From assembly GCF_964204645.1 (NCBI RefSeq), contig NC_134032.1, forward strand, positions 7,428,275 through 7,492,274: 64,000 bases of DNA, read 5' to 3'. The translations under genes and the position numbers were made by a program. Numbering within the stretch: position 1 is the first letter of the stretch; each line of letters begins with the position of its first letter. The notes under the pieces are model-generated. The model was not told the DNA's origin, did not search any database, and saw only the letters and a list, made by a program, of their open reading frames with translations. Of the stretch, positions 13,265-25,923 are shown in pieces. The stretch comes from Tubulanus polymorphus (lineage: Eukaryota > Animalia > Nemertea).

Positions 13265-16200
13265 TAAGGTACATTGATGAGGCATTTGATGTTCTAATTT
13301 TATACAGTTTTGTTCAAGATTGTTCTGTGTTATTTAAAGGTCATTGGCAAATTAAAAAAATTTATTTTAGAATTCAAGAATTACTTCTAATAGATAGATT
13401 GAAGTAAATAAAATGCTTGCATTCTGCTTGAATAAAGCATTAAAAAAGATGGCATAACGGGTTTCGATCAGCATTGCTTCTCCTGCACAACTACAATGTG
13501 GTCTGTTGTAAACAGCAGTGATTCATGACGTCATTTGATTCGCTCAGCAGCACGGTTACAATGTTGAAAGCATAGCACTCTACTTTTAATCAACTGTATC
13601 ATCGCTTATGTAATATGTATTATTTATTGAATGGCATCATTGGATAGCTATATAAACTGAGAAGAACCTTCAGTGAATGTCATGGATTGTTATGCACTGC
13701 GTTATCTGTATGAGCCAAATTAAAAACACTAGTACTGAAGTGAACTGAATAAAAGCTGCCTCAACGTGTGTATAGCAGACAGTCTCTGCAGCAGTGCGAA
13801 TCAAATGAGTCAATGTGAACCACTCCACTCGGTACTTTAGTGAACTACACACAGTGAATACAATGTGCTCTTAATCTTCACATAGGCGCGTTAACAAAAT
13901 AATTTGGTAAAATTATGATTAGAAATGTTTAGCTAGGTTAACAGGATGGTATTAAACTGTGAAATAGAAATTTGAAAAATTAGTGTGCCAATGACCGTTA
14001 ATTAAGACTAGCTGGTTGGTACATTAGTACCGATTAGTGGGTCTGTTATTTGAATTAATCAGGATTTTCAAGAGTTTTTTATTTAAAGTGTTGCTTCACT
14101 ATTAGTTCTTTATTATCATTATTATTATTATTCTTTATTCGCGAATTGAATTACATTAGAAAATTACAGCAGGTGATAACAAGATAATATAAAGTTGATG
14201 GACACCTGACAACAGTGTCATTTGAATATTTGAACCGAACCAGATGAATGGTACCGATTTAATCCTCTCAAGCAAAGTTGAAATACGTAGAAATTAGGTT
14301 CCATATAATAAAATATAATGGGTAAACAATATATAAATAGGACTTTGTGTATGAAATTGTTACCGCAATACTTTTTACTTTTAGGTGCCAGTCGTTCAAA
14401 GCGAGATGATCTTAAATGATACACTTGATATCTCAGACTACTCTAGTATCGATGTAAGTAATTAATTTAATCGAATAAATACTCAGTATTTGTGGCGGAT
14501 CAAGTATAGGATCAAAATCATAAACGTGAAATGTTTAAATGAAATTGTACCTGTAGTTTTTATGTATACATTAATTATTCTAAAATCACTGACTCTAGGA
14601 TTTGGCATAAAGAATTTGTGTGCAAGGACAGGTCGCTAATTTGTATCATGTGTCTCTGCATAACACAAAAAATGTTAAGTTGTGGCTGCGAGTTCAGAAA
14701 CCGACAGTTTTATATATTTACAGCTTTTTAATGTTTTTTTTTCAGTCATTACTCAGTTCAGGTTCTCCGAGTTATTATGTCGTGAAATATAACACACGAA
14801 GATGTGGTATCAAGGGAGATTGTTACGATGAATTAATCACTAAAGGTAAGCGCGACTTAAATGTGGATTCATTATTCTTTTCATTTAATATGTACACATA
14901 AAATTTGGATTTTGCAACCCCCTTCCCCTTGTTCGCAAAATCGGCCGTTTTTATGCTTTGATCATTATAGCACGTAGTTTTAATCATATACAAGAAATCT
15001 CATTCAACTCACTCAACTGACCTAATGGGACTATGATTTGTCTGAATTAGGCACTTAATTTAGTATTACATAGATGGAAAGATGTGTTTGTCCGAGTCGA
15101 ATAAATACCGGAAGTACATGTCCGATTTAGGGTTTACTTTTTTTTCTAGTATCGCTCAAATTCAACATTGATCCGAATGATTTCAAGATCACCCTAAAGG
15201 ATGGTGTGGAATTAGACGATGACATTTTCGATGTGGTGCCAAAGGGTACAGAAATGACTTTAGTTCCTGAAGTGAAAGGTGATTATAATAGGCATGTATT
15301 TGTACCCAATTCTGGGATTAGTACATGTAGTAGATGATACATTTTTGTTTCAGTTCTCACCTCTCTGGACAACACGACACCAACATCAATGCTGGAAAAC
15401 TCAACATATTCTCAACTAGATGAACCGTCAGCGAAGCTACTACTCCGAGAATCAACACCAGCACAGCGATTTGAGATACCTTTTAGTAAAATACCGCCAT
15501 CAATTCTCCAAAAATTAAATGGTGGTACAAGGCTTGATGAATCTAATCGATCATTACTATTGAAACTTATGTATGCAGAACTTAAAAGTTTCTGTGATAA
15601 GCCAGGAAATGCTGAATTTAAGCAAATTGCTGATGCGCTTACAAAGACCTTCCCAAAAGCATTCGAGTGTAGATTGCTCGATCAGGTTATAAACAATGGT
15701 TTCACTGCAATTTTCAAACGATTAGCATCATTCCGCGATCAAGAAACGCGCGAGAAGAAACGTAAAAGTGCCGTAGAGTTTGAAAACATTTCTGTGAAAA
15801 AGGCTAAATCCGACAATCCCACCATGAAGAAGCTTCAAGAACTTTTTCAAAGTGGACAAAAGCAGTCTGCTGAAATTGAACAGCTGCTCGAATCATTATA
15901 TGATAGTATTAGAATTGAAGCTCACACTAAACATGACATTAAATGTCTCATTGAGAGGTGGCCTCATGTCTTTAAGGAAATAGTTTATTTTGTACGTCTT
16001 TGCGAATGCTCTATCAATTTCGACCTAAAGGACTTTTCAACCCATGTTTCCACAAGGTTGGAGTTGCTGCGTACTTTTCTAGACAAGAAAAAGACCTTTG
16101 GCGGAAGAAAAACTACTGACGTGCATTTGCAATGTTTTGAAATGCTAACAACATTCTTCAAAGAGGACCGCAGTATTATTGAAATGAACCGAGATGATTC

Positions 16201-17501
16201 GTTTGAGGATGATCTCCCCTCGTCACCAACTATAAACATTTTCTGTAAGTATGCCGTCATATTTCAGGGCCCAAAATTGGATTTCAGTTCCACAGTTCCG
16301 AGTTAAGATTTGACTCCGAGTTAAAACATTGAAAATGAAGTATCCAGGACCCAGTTCCACAGTTCCGAGTTAGGATTTGACTCCGAGTTAAAACATTGAA
16401 AATGAACTAATTTTAACTCGGAGTTAACTATAACTCACAACTGTGGAACCGAGTCCTGGATAAAAATGCGGGATACTAGCTATTCAAAATATGGCATGGA
16501 ATTCACAACAAATTTATTTCCTTTTATGACGCGTTGTTGGCATGATATCTGTGCCATAGATATACTGTCAAAATTAAACTTGATATCTAACTTCAGACAT
16601 GTCAAAACACATCTAGTTATATAAGAAGAGCAAAATATCAATAATTGCTACGCTGTTGAAGATATCTAGATCTGATGTCTTTGTTGTGTGAATAATTTTG
16701 TCACATTTTCCATGAGCTTTAATCACAAATTATGAATAGTCTTTCACAGAACAATGTTTCAACTGAACATGGACGTATAAACTAGATATAAATTTCTAGT
16801 TTATACGTAAATGATCTGAATTACTTTTACTGTTTTAGCCGACTTGGGACTTAAGTCCCAGTGAGCTATTGTGTTCACATTTCATTTGTCAGTTTGTCTG
16901 TCTGTAAACGGAATCCAGTTGAAATCTTTTTGATTAACTGTTAAGCATTTAAAATTCCTTCCCAAATGGGCATGGTGTCTCGGACCTCTAGTTACCGCGG
17001 TGAGTGCCATTCAGCAAGGAGCTAATGTGGATGATGTAACTTTCTCAAGGACATCACAGCACAACCGCGGTTCGAACCCATGACCTTGCATTCCACAAAG
17101 CCGTACGCTCTAACTACTGGGCGATGCTGTTCATAAAACCATTTAATTGTATGCAGCTTAAAAATAATTCGATTTCAAATTGATTTTGACTGACTGGATA
17201 CTGCTGTATTATCAAATACATTCACAATATTACTTTCTTTTCAGCTGCTGTGAATGGTGAGGACCAATATATTATTACTGTGGACAAACTGATCATGTTT
17301 AAAGTCACTTCACAGATGGATGCACTGAAACTACTGTTTTGTTCTTATTTTGTCTTCAACATTAAATACCCAAGTGCAGTAGGCAATACCATGGAATTTT
17401 TCCAGCGCTACATAGTGTGTTACAACCCTCCAGGGAGAATTCGACCTAAAGTAGCGAAACTAGCTGATAGTTTGGCCAAGTATCACTTTAGTCAGCTATA
17501 A
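9289..17501 (+). CDS. Transposon ORF2 (TnpA-analogue) with CIDE-N-like N-terminal domain; exons 9289-9321, 14385-14453, 14746-14845, 15150-15278, 15354-16244, 17245-17501 (~492 aa)
   Basis: All junctions are GT-AG with matching phases (0,0,1,1,1) and no stops. The C-terminus ALKLLFCSYFVFNIKYP..MEFFQRY is typical of the second ORF of animal EnSpm elements. Use of the shared first exon is inferred. Confidence 0.8.
9534..10306. mobile_element. Putative non-autonomous TIR element nested in intron 1 of the CACTA element
   Basis: Inverted repeat GACCTGCCAACC (9534-9545) / GGTTGGCAGGTC (10295-10306); no clear TSD. Confidence 0.45.
13338..13997. mobile_element. Kolobok-like non-autonomous element (TTAA target) nested in the CACTA element
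   Basis: TTAA|AGGTCATTGGCA ... TGCCAATGACCG|TTAA; TIR matches at 11/12 with TTAA on both flanks. Confidence 0.7.
16341..16462. mobile_element. Short palindromic MITE in an ORF2 intron, with a partial tandem copy at 16285-16340
   Basis: TATCCAGGACCCAGTTCCACAGTT ... AACTGTGGAACCGAGTCCTGGATA. Related copies at about 40620-41195, 43930-44035 and 45765-45876. Confidence 0.65.
16880..17128 (-). mobile_element. tRNA-derived SINE in an ORF2 intron
   Basis: The minus strand reads tcgcccagtagttagagcg (A-box/D-arm-like) ... ggtcatgggttcgaacc (B-box). It is not a complete tRNA. The 3' boundary is approximate. Confidence 0.55.
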
Positions 17502-19475
17502 ATGCTAACATCCAAGTATTATTTGAACTGAAAGAGAATCTTGTGTATTGAGCAATCAAGTGCATTTGTTTTTGTATAATGTTTCAGAAAATATTTTCTT
17601 TTTTTAATATATTTGAATTTGGTGAAAACTCTTTTCTAACATTAAATTTATTGGTATTCATCGCCACTTTCAGCACAATCATAAAAAATGTCATTTCATT
17701 AATAAAACAAATTCTGGTAGTGATGGAGAATGCTATTTAATTAAAAAAAGAAAAAAAGCATTATTTACTTAAATGTGAATGATTTTGCAATCAGTGCAAA
17801 ACTAGTTTAAGTTACAAAAAATCCCACAGGAGAACGAACAGTTTTGGAAATTTTATCAAGTAATCTTAATCATTTCGGCTAACCTTTTAGCCCACTGGAT
17901 CAGATCTGGCCCATGATTTTCAATTTGTGTGAAAAAAATTTAATAAAGGGCCACTGCCACAGAAGCAGGTTTCATGAAAAAAAGCAACTCATCACCAAAT
18001 ATCAAAGATTAGATATTATATTTTGTATTGCTTTAATACAGTAACTCTATAGACGAGTGTTCGGTAGCGTGTTATACGTGTAGTTGTTGTGAGAGAAATA
18101 TTTCACTATAGACTGAAATGAGAAATCTTTTAGTCACTTAAACATACTCGAATGTGAAAACAGGATTTATTTGACATGATTATGTACATGAAGTACATGT
18201 TTATACAGAAATTTGTGGTACAGTGTATACCATAATGTTTTTCTTTTAATTAACTCGGCGCCTAAATCGCACATTCGGGGAATCATATTTTTGTCTGGGT
18301 TAGTGGTTTCAGAAAAGGAAATACTGGAGATAATTGTAATTATACATGTTATATGTATTAATTCTTCATCTTATTATTTTTAAATCTTTGCTTGTAATTT
18401 TGTCGCGCATTTTTAAATTCTGTGTAATTCTAAACAGGGTAAAGCCCACTCTCCAATTTTAATTTGTATTGAAGTTATATTTTTAACTCGTTGAAATATA
18501 AACATAAAGCGTATTTTACTACTGTATTATGTATTATATGTATGCATGGATTCCCGAATTTCTAAACCCCTTCCCCGCACAAATTTAAGCATTAGGCTAA
18601 CAAAAATTGATACCTCGTTTCTTATTGCTGATATTAAAAGGTGACCAGGCCGGCCGCCTTTTCGAAATCATGATATCAGGCTAACAATAACAGACCCAGC
18701 AGTTGTAGAAATGAACTGATTAAAAATTTGATTGCAGTTTACAAAATGACCCGGCCGATTAGGAGAAACAAGGTATCATTTTTAAGCCTTATGATAGGAG
18801 AATTGGCATTGGAAATTTGCCCCTTAAAGGAGTCTCAATTCAGGCATCCTGTCGGGGGTTTCAATTTGTGTCCTTTTTTCTTCTGTTACTGTATCCTGGA
18901 GGTTTTTATGTTGGAGGTGCCTTTTACTGTCGATTCGAAGGGTCTGTGGGGTGTGATCTCCAGAATGGGTCAAAAGGTCAGCTAAGGAGGACGGTGGCAT
19001 GTCGGATCAGCCAGGCGATTCTGCCGTTTCTGGACGGTGCTCGATCGTTATTTCACGTTGGATGGAGGTCATTTTAATGGTAATCTCGCCGTATTTTAAC
19101 GGCCCAGTAACGTATTTAAACGCAGCGGCTGCCTCCGGTATACGGGCGCTCATCAGCTCCTGACGGTAATTCAGACAGGGAAATACGGCGTACAGCCATT
19201 TCGGAACGGCGGGTTTGTGTTTTTACATAACGTGAAAAAACGGCATCATTTTTATTACCATCAAATGACGGAATCTCTATGTGTCCCAATTGCTGCCGAC
19301 GGAATTACCGTTTTTAAACGGAATTATTTTTTACAGTGTATGGTATTGTTATCGTGAAATACCCCCTGGTCTGGACTTAGATCTTAGAAATATTGATTGT
19401 TTGTTCTTGCTTTACGTCGTTCGGATCCTGGTTTCCCAAGACTAATTATACTGATTCATTCATTTAACTTCAGAG

Positions 19476-19476
<1 letters not shown>

Positions 19477-19512
<36 letters not shown>
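19477..19512. repeat. (GATT)n microsatellite
   Basis: Read directly from the sequence. Confidence 0.9.
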
Positions 19513-22500
19513 CATGCATTTGATGCTACACTCATTTTTGGTGCGTCTTTGACTTAGATTGATAGTGGCTAGAGTCACAACACCTGACTGGTCACAACAC
19601 AACTGACTGGTCACCAGTCAACTTACTGGCCAGACAAAGTTTGTTGAATTGATCTCTCGTCCAGTGGATGGTATGCTCGACTGGTTGCTGGTTCGGGTCC
19701 TGCTACAGGAAGATTAGGGTAGAGCTGGGGTACTGTTGTTTTTGCTAGGGTTACGGACAGATGCGCTCTTAGAGTCCATGGTAGGACATATGGTTGTTAT
19801 AACCCGGAGAGGAATCACTTGGTGTACGTATACTTTTTCTGTAAACAACTCTTCCGTTTTTTCATTTCAGTTTTTTTGTGAAGAATTGCCCTAGATCTAG
19901 GGTCAGTTGCAAGGAGCCAATTTAACAACTTAAGAACGTCTAAGTAAATTTTTGTGCTTTTGCTGATTTTGAGCTTAAAGACCATGCTAAGCTATTTTTG
20001 GTTCTATAGTCAATCTAACACTTAAGACCAGTAGCTCATTTGGGTTGGACAATAAATCTAACTAATCCGATCTTAGTAAGACCAGTCTAAAAGATCTGCA
20101 TTTACATAATATAGTAAATACTGCTGGCACCAATCTATGTAAATTTGTTTAGTAATAGCCTATATCCCACGTGACCTATTCAAATGTTGACTGTCAACAA
20201 CCCACAATGGCCCGAAAAGCGTCGCGGAAGTCCGATATCATCAAATATTAATCTAATCGGTTAAACATATTATGCCGTAATTAATGACGTAAAGTTACGC
20301 AAATCAGACCCGTCCGGATCGGATTCAATCTCTCCAGTTGTGTATCGTGTCGTATGCGCGTACCCATTGCGTGGCAGATGGCTTCTCAAGTGGCCACTCA
20401 CCCTGACACCCGTCACCGCTACACCAGAACAGAACAACTCCTAAACCCATATATCATTACTCACTGTCATTTGGCGAATACAAAAGATAGTAAGCTATTT
20501 CGCCACGCATCACGAGGAAGATACTTTTAGACCACCAATTATTCACTTCGATTTTAAACAAAAGATTCTTCAAATTCTACTTATCATCCGACTACATCTG
20601 TACTTCGCTACCAGCAGGTGAGACTGGTGAGTTTTTAAGGGACACCAAATCAAAACAAATCAAACCAAATCTACCAATCGAATGAATAACAGGGTCAATC
20701 GCTATTCTAAGATAAAAAAGACTCATTTGAGGACTCCCATCTAATATCTACGTATGAAAAGCTCAATGCAACGGGCCTCACTAATCCTTCCAATAAACAG
20801 CATCTATACCAAACTAGCAAAGAACCCGTCCTGAATGGGTTTTATCGTATTAAGTTTGAGTTGATTATTATGCTACTCGTGTGGAAACCACAGTTATTTC
20901 GCATATGATTGGAAGATTTGACTTGACTTTATTTGGAAGGTCGGTTGAATTAACATTTTATGTTCTTTTTTTGTTAAATCGAAATAGATTACTGGAAACA
21001 AGAAAATTAACTTTGATAAATTATTTGACGCCTGCGAAAAAAATGTAGAATTTCTGGGATAAGCTAATGTGGAATTGCAAATTTGAAATCGAAGTTCTAA
21101 GAAATTTGGGGAATTATGAGATTTGGCGATTGGGTAGATGATACAGTCTTCGACTGGTCTAATTTTAAAAAAATTGTCAACTTGAAACCGACTTAGATTC
21201 ATTTTTGCCTCTAAGTTGGTCTGCAACTTCATTGCCCTCATGGTTGAAGAAAAAGCTCTTCTGATGTCTGCTTCATCATGACTTCGAGCATATCGTGTAG
21301 CCAGCCGGCCCGGTCCCGGGGCCCGGTTTGGCTGTCACTCGATATCCTAGACCTGAGTCTGGGTTCAAGTAGACATTGTCATTTAAATAACTTATTCATG
21401 TTATTCTGTATGAATTACCCGTGTGTCTTGTATTTTGTATTTTCTTATTTTAAAATGTGTAACTTTATTGAATTTGGGAATTTTATCCCGGAATTTCAAT
21501 GTAATAAGGATCAATAAAATATTGAATTGAATTGTCACCTTATACACATGCCATCAGTGGATGCGGAGCCGTATATGACAGCTATGCTATTATAAATTGC
21601 TAATCTCATGAAACCTGCATACCCCTAATATCAAACATATTTTCTAAAACATTTGAATGTTGAAATTATTTGTTTACACATTTTTAAATTTGAAATTATT
21701 TGTTTACACCGCTTGTAGCCGCCGATGAAATTCACGCCGGCCCTACTCAGATCGTAGATAGCTTCGTCATTCCACTAGCATCCCCATGTCAGGGTCTGAC
21801 TTTTATATCAGACTTCCAAATCGTGTATACATCCGCCATTTAACCGAATTATCCGATTTACTTATCATTTCTATTTATGCCTGCCGCTCCTGATATAATC
21901 ATACATCCTTTACTATTACAATACGTATTCTCATGATATTCAATGCAATATAACATTCCGACGTTCAAATATAGGTCATTATATAATCACAGGGAGCCAT
22001 TCTACATCTTTATCAATAATATTTTGCCAAATAGCTTGTATGTGTACACATATACCTGTGACGTTTTGCACATCGATTTACGGTTGTCGTTTGTAAAATG
22101 ACGCTGAATGGTTAACATTGTTTAGGTTTCATAATGGTAACGTTTTATAAGGCGTCAAAAAAATACAGTTCATTTTCTATACTGTAAGACTATTATACGG
22201 TATGTGATCTCCCGTAGGGATACTTAGATAACGGACCCGTGTGATACTCTTTCACGGGTGTTTAAGCACCGGCCCTTCACCAACTGAAGATGTCCCGTGC
22301 CCAGGGCACAGGTAGTAAAACTATAGCAAAAGATATGTAGTACCAGTGAGAAGAATACATTCCCTATAAGCTATACTGCGACTGTTGCTGTGTGACGTTA
22401 TTGAAGTCATTGAAGCATATATATCATATATGTTTTCGGGGTTTATCACGGGCCCCATGTTTGTTTCAACTGGGATATTTCTAACAGCTATGCGTAAAAA

Positions 22501-22899
22501 AATCGCTTAACTCATGGACTCCTAGGCAGTTCCGCGTCTCTGTAGGCAAGTACGCTACACTAAACCGCTGGATGCTCACATTCGGCAACTGTTTATTTTG
22601 ATCAGCGCGCGCAGTGACGTCACGCAGAGCGTCCAAAACTCTAACCGAAATTTATCGTTTCAGCCAAAATTTGACCCTAAAACATAAGACGCGGCCAGTA
22701 TCTTTCATTTGGTACCATGTTCATGCATAACGCACAGACCGCGCCAACCCGTGACAAAGTGTCGCCGTTTTGTCTCTAATTGTATGGATAGTATAGATGT
22801 GTATGGGAATAAGCTTGGAATTTAGCATTTCTAATTGTAGTAACCCTTACAATATAGACATATCTTAGTCTATTCTTTGAATCCCATGTACCGGTATTA

Positions 22900-23055
22900 C
22901 CACCTCACATGATGAGGGGATATCAACTCACCTGGTGAGGGGATTATTACTGCAGATGAGGGGATATCACCTCGTCTGATAGGGATCACCGCTTCACCCG
23001 ACGAGGGTTAAAATCACCTCATCTGATGAGAGGATTATCCTCTCATCGGATGAGA
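22900..23055. repeat. Degenerate ~25-bp tandem repeat with internal CCTCA..TGAGG dyad
   Basis: About 6 units of ATCACCTCA(C/T)CTGATGAGGGGAT. Confidence 0.6.
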
Positions 23056-24689
23056 ACCATTTCAACCGAAAATGTCAACAAATTGTTTATACTCATAACA
23101 ACATACAAGGTGTATACTCCCGAAATCGGCCGTTGCCAATATATACACTACTGTTTTAGAAAAGATTTTAGCATCTGAAATTAGCCTATTATCATTGTCA
23201 TTGCGTGCAGCATATTTCTTCGGACGCACGACATTTCTAAATTATTAAGTTTTCGAATCTATGAATGACGTCATCGCTGCATCGTTCTGGACAAACAAAA
23301 CGGAGCGAAGTCGTAAAAATATCGAGGATTACATCTAATGCGGCGCCGCAAACAAATATCCATAAATTCCCGCTGATTACACAATATATAATGTGAGACC
23401 GTTAGACGATTACAATTGCTAATATTGGCGTTTGTTGTAACCGAAATGAATTTCATTATTCTATCTATTTCTTCTATCTATCTATTCTTTTTCTATTTAA
23501 TGAATGTTCATGTCTTTTGACGGACAATGAGTATTTGAGTCAATGTACAGACACTACGTCATCGATATTGTTGCTAGACTGATGGTTGCTGGTTGATTCA
23601 AGCTACGAGCAATTATCTCAAGAATAATGGAACGATCTTTAACATTCTACTATCTTCTCTATTCCTTAACATTCTACTAACTTCTCTGTTATATATTAAT
23701 CGTGGACAATATTTGAATATATATATGCAATATATATGAATTGAGTTTCGCCTCTAGGTTAACATTAATACCAGTGAAAAGTGGGTCCTGAAGGATACGT
23801 TTTTTATCACTCAAGCATAGTTTTCGCGGAGGTAGCACAGAATGAGCGGTACCCCGTATATACTTTGAAACTGATGTTGCGGATTCATAAACGTCTTTTC
23901 TGGTGTTTCATATACAAAAAGAATAGTCGAAACTTCGGATTAAGAATGCAACTGATGCGTTGGGAAACTAGTCTCACACCGGGTGGCAATTTTTACTTTT
24001 GACTTTCCCTGGCTTACTAGTTGTTTCCCTGACTTGATCTGCTAAGAATCCAATTCAATAGCACAGTCAAATACGGTAAAACATAGTCACGAGGTTAAGC
24101 GCGATCTAACTATCTCAACAATAATCGAGAGAAATTCCACTATAAATTCAGCCAAAAATGAAAAGTTCTGAGGGATTTCTCTCGTTATTTGTTTTACACG
24201 GATATTGTGTATCTTCTCGTCTTATCTCAACAATTGTCCACGACTTCTCCCCATTTCCAGGTAACTGGCCACCATATGTCACCATAAGTTTTCCTCAATA
24301 GACAGAGAACCTATCGTGATTGTAGAGATGCCTTTCGCAATGTTTATGAACCACTTCTAGACGCCTGCACAGCCTGAAGATATCTACTTTTATTCTGTCG
24401 ACGCGTGGCACAACGACCCAGTTCCGTCGTTACCCCCGGTACGGGTCAGAAGAACTTGTAAATAGAACCAACTCAGCATGTCGAGGAATCCCCGCGAAAT
24501 TCCTTTTTTCTTAGTTTGGCAAAAATTAAAGAATGTATATTCCATTCAAAGAAATGTTCTTTAAGAACTATGTTTTCAAAAAGCTTTCACACAACACGTT
24601 TTCAAAAAGCTTTCACACAACACGTTTTTTAGCAGGTGACTAGCTGTAAACATAGGCAATTTCACACGATTCTACACGATTATGCGTAA

Positions 24690-24809
24690 GAGGGAGAGGG
24701 AGAGGGAGAGGGAGAGGGAGAGGGAGAGGGAGAGGGAGAGGGAGAGGGAGAGGGAGAGGGAGAGGGAGAGGGAGAGGGAGAGGGAGAGGGAGAGGGAGAG
24801 GGAGAGGGA
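24690..24809. repeat. (GAGAGG)n microsatellite, about 20 units
   Basis: Read directly from the sequence. Confidence 0.95.
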
Positions 24810-25428
24810 AATGATGTAAGCATGGAGTGATAATTCGATTACTCCAAGATTCTGCTAATGCGAGTGTCTTACGAGAGACAGCTAAAACGCGATTACTAAA
24901 AACCAGCTAATATATACGAGTTATACCCGCGGGCCCGAAGCAAAGGAGAGAGGGTACTGGGGGAAGCCAGTCACAGATGTTCGAAGTATGGACTAGAGGT
25001 AAACGCAGCCAGGCGGGAATGTTTGCGTGCTGGTAGTATAAGGTTATCATACACTTATAGTGCTTGTCATATTCAGAATCTACAAAACTAATTCAATCAC
25101 CTCCGTTCCGCTGACGATAATCATGAAAATAAAAACTACGAAAACGAAAAAATATTCGAACGCGTGAACATTGTGAAATGCTTGAAAAGCCAACAGAAAA
25201 TAACTGTAGCAACACGACTCTAAATAGTAGAGACTCTAACAACAACGGGAACAAAAGCAAATCGAGTGCTTTTTGATCAGATACGAAGAATACCACAAGC
25301 TGCCGGTGTAAATTTCAGTCTATCAAATCTGATCAATTATTCATAGATAATTAACTTTCATGCAAATCCGATTAATTTGAAACAATTAACCTAGTGTTAG
25401 ATAATTAATTAATCAATCAAAAACTTAC

Positions 25429-25830
25429 CTGAACTGATTACGGCCAGCCAACAAACAATCTTGAAAGTATTCGCGGATGCCATCGTATATGTCTATATAT
25501 CACTTCAAAATCCGTCGAGGTAGAGATTTCGAAACAAAAAACCCTTAAATCCGTTACAACTCAAATTCGAAAACGTTTTTTTTTTCACCTTACTTCCCTT
25601 CAACTCAAACGCAGTCTAGATTATCCTTCGCAATTTTTTATGTATGTATATATCTATGTTTGAATAAGTATCCGGAGTTGAGCGTAAAACGTCCGAGTTA
25701 TCCGAACGAAACCGAGAACTGCCGAATCTTCCCGAGCGCTTAAGAGCGAACAGCAATGTGAATCGTCGAACGGAAATAGCGTGGAATGAAGTCGAACGAA
25801 GGAACGCTCTGAACACTCTCTCTTGTAGCG
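25429..25830 (-). other. Candidate non-coding first exon of a minus-strand host gene
   Basis: Perfect donor CAG|GTAAGT at 25429/25428; CpG-rich; X-box about 80-100 bp upstream. The TSS position is a guess. Confidence 0.4.
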
Positions 25831-25909
25831 GGGGCCGTATCCGCGCAGCGGCCGCGCTTATCGAGCAAACGTACTAACACGTCACAAACGGGATGCTCAA
25901 ACGACCGTG

Positions 25910-25923
25910 GTAACCATAGCAAC
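25910..25923. promoter_or_regulatory. RFX X-box
   Basis: GTAACCATAGCAAC fits the X-box consensus GTHNYY-AT-RRNAAC. It sits in a CpG-rich patch upstream of a candidate minus-strand first exon. Confidence 0.55.

Larger units (their letters stand above)
8804..19338 (+). mobile_element. Full-length EnSpm/CACTA-type (CMC superfamily, CACTG termini) DNA transposon, 10,535 bp
   Basis: Perfect 12-bp TIR: CACTGTAAAAAA (8804-8815) and TTTTTTACAGTG (19327-19338). Flanked by TA on both sides (8802-8803, 19339-19340). Subterminal CCGT(W)nACGG-like motifs at both ends. Encodes an EnSpm-type transposase plus a second ORF. Confidence 0.93.

Noticed and set aside
17060-17128. tRNA gene
   Set aside because: A- and B-box-like motifs are present but there is no convincing acceptor stem or cloverleaf; treated as a SINE head.
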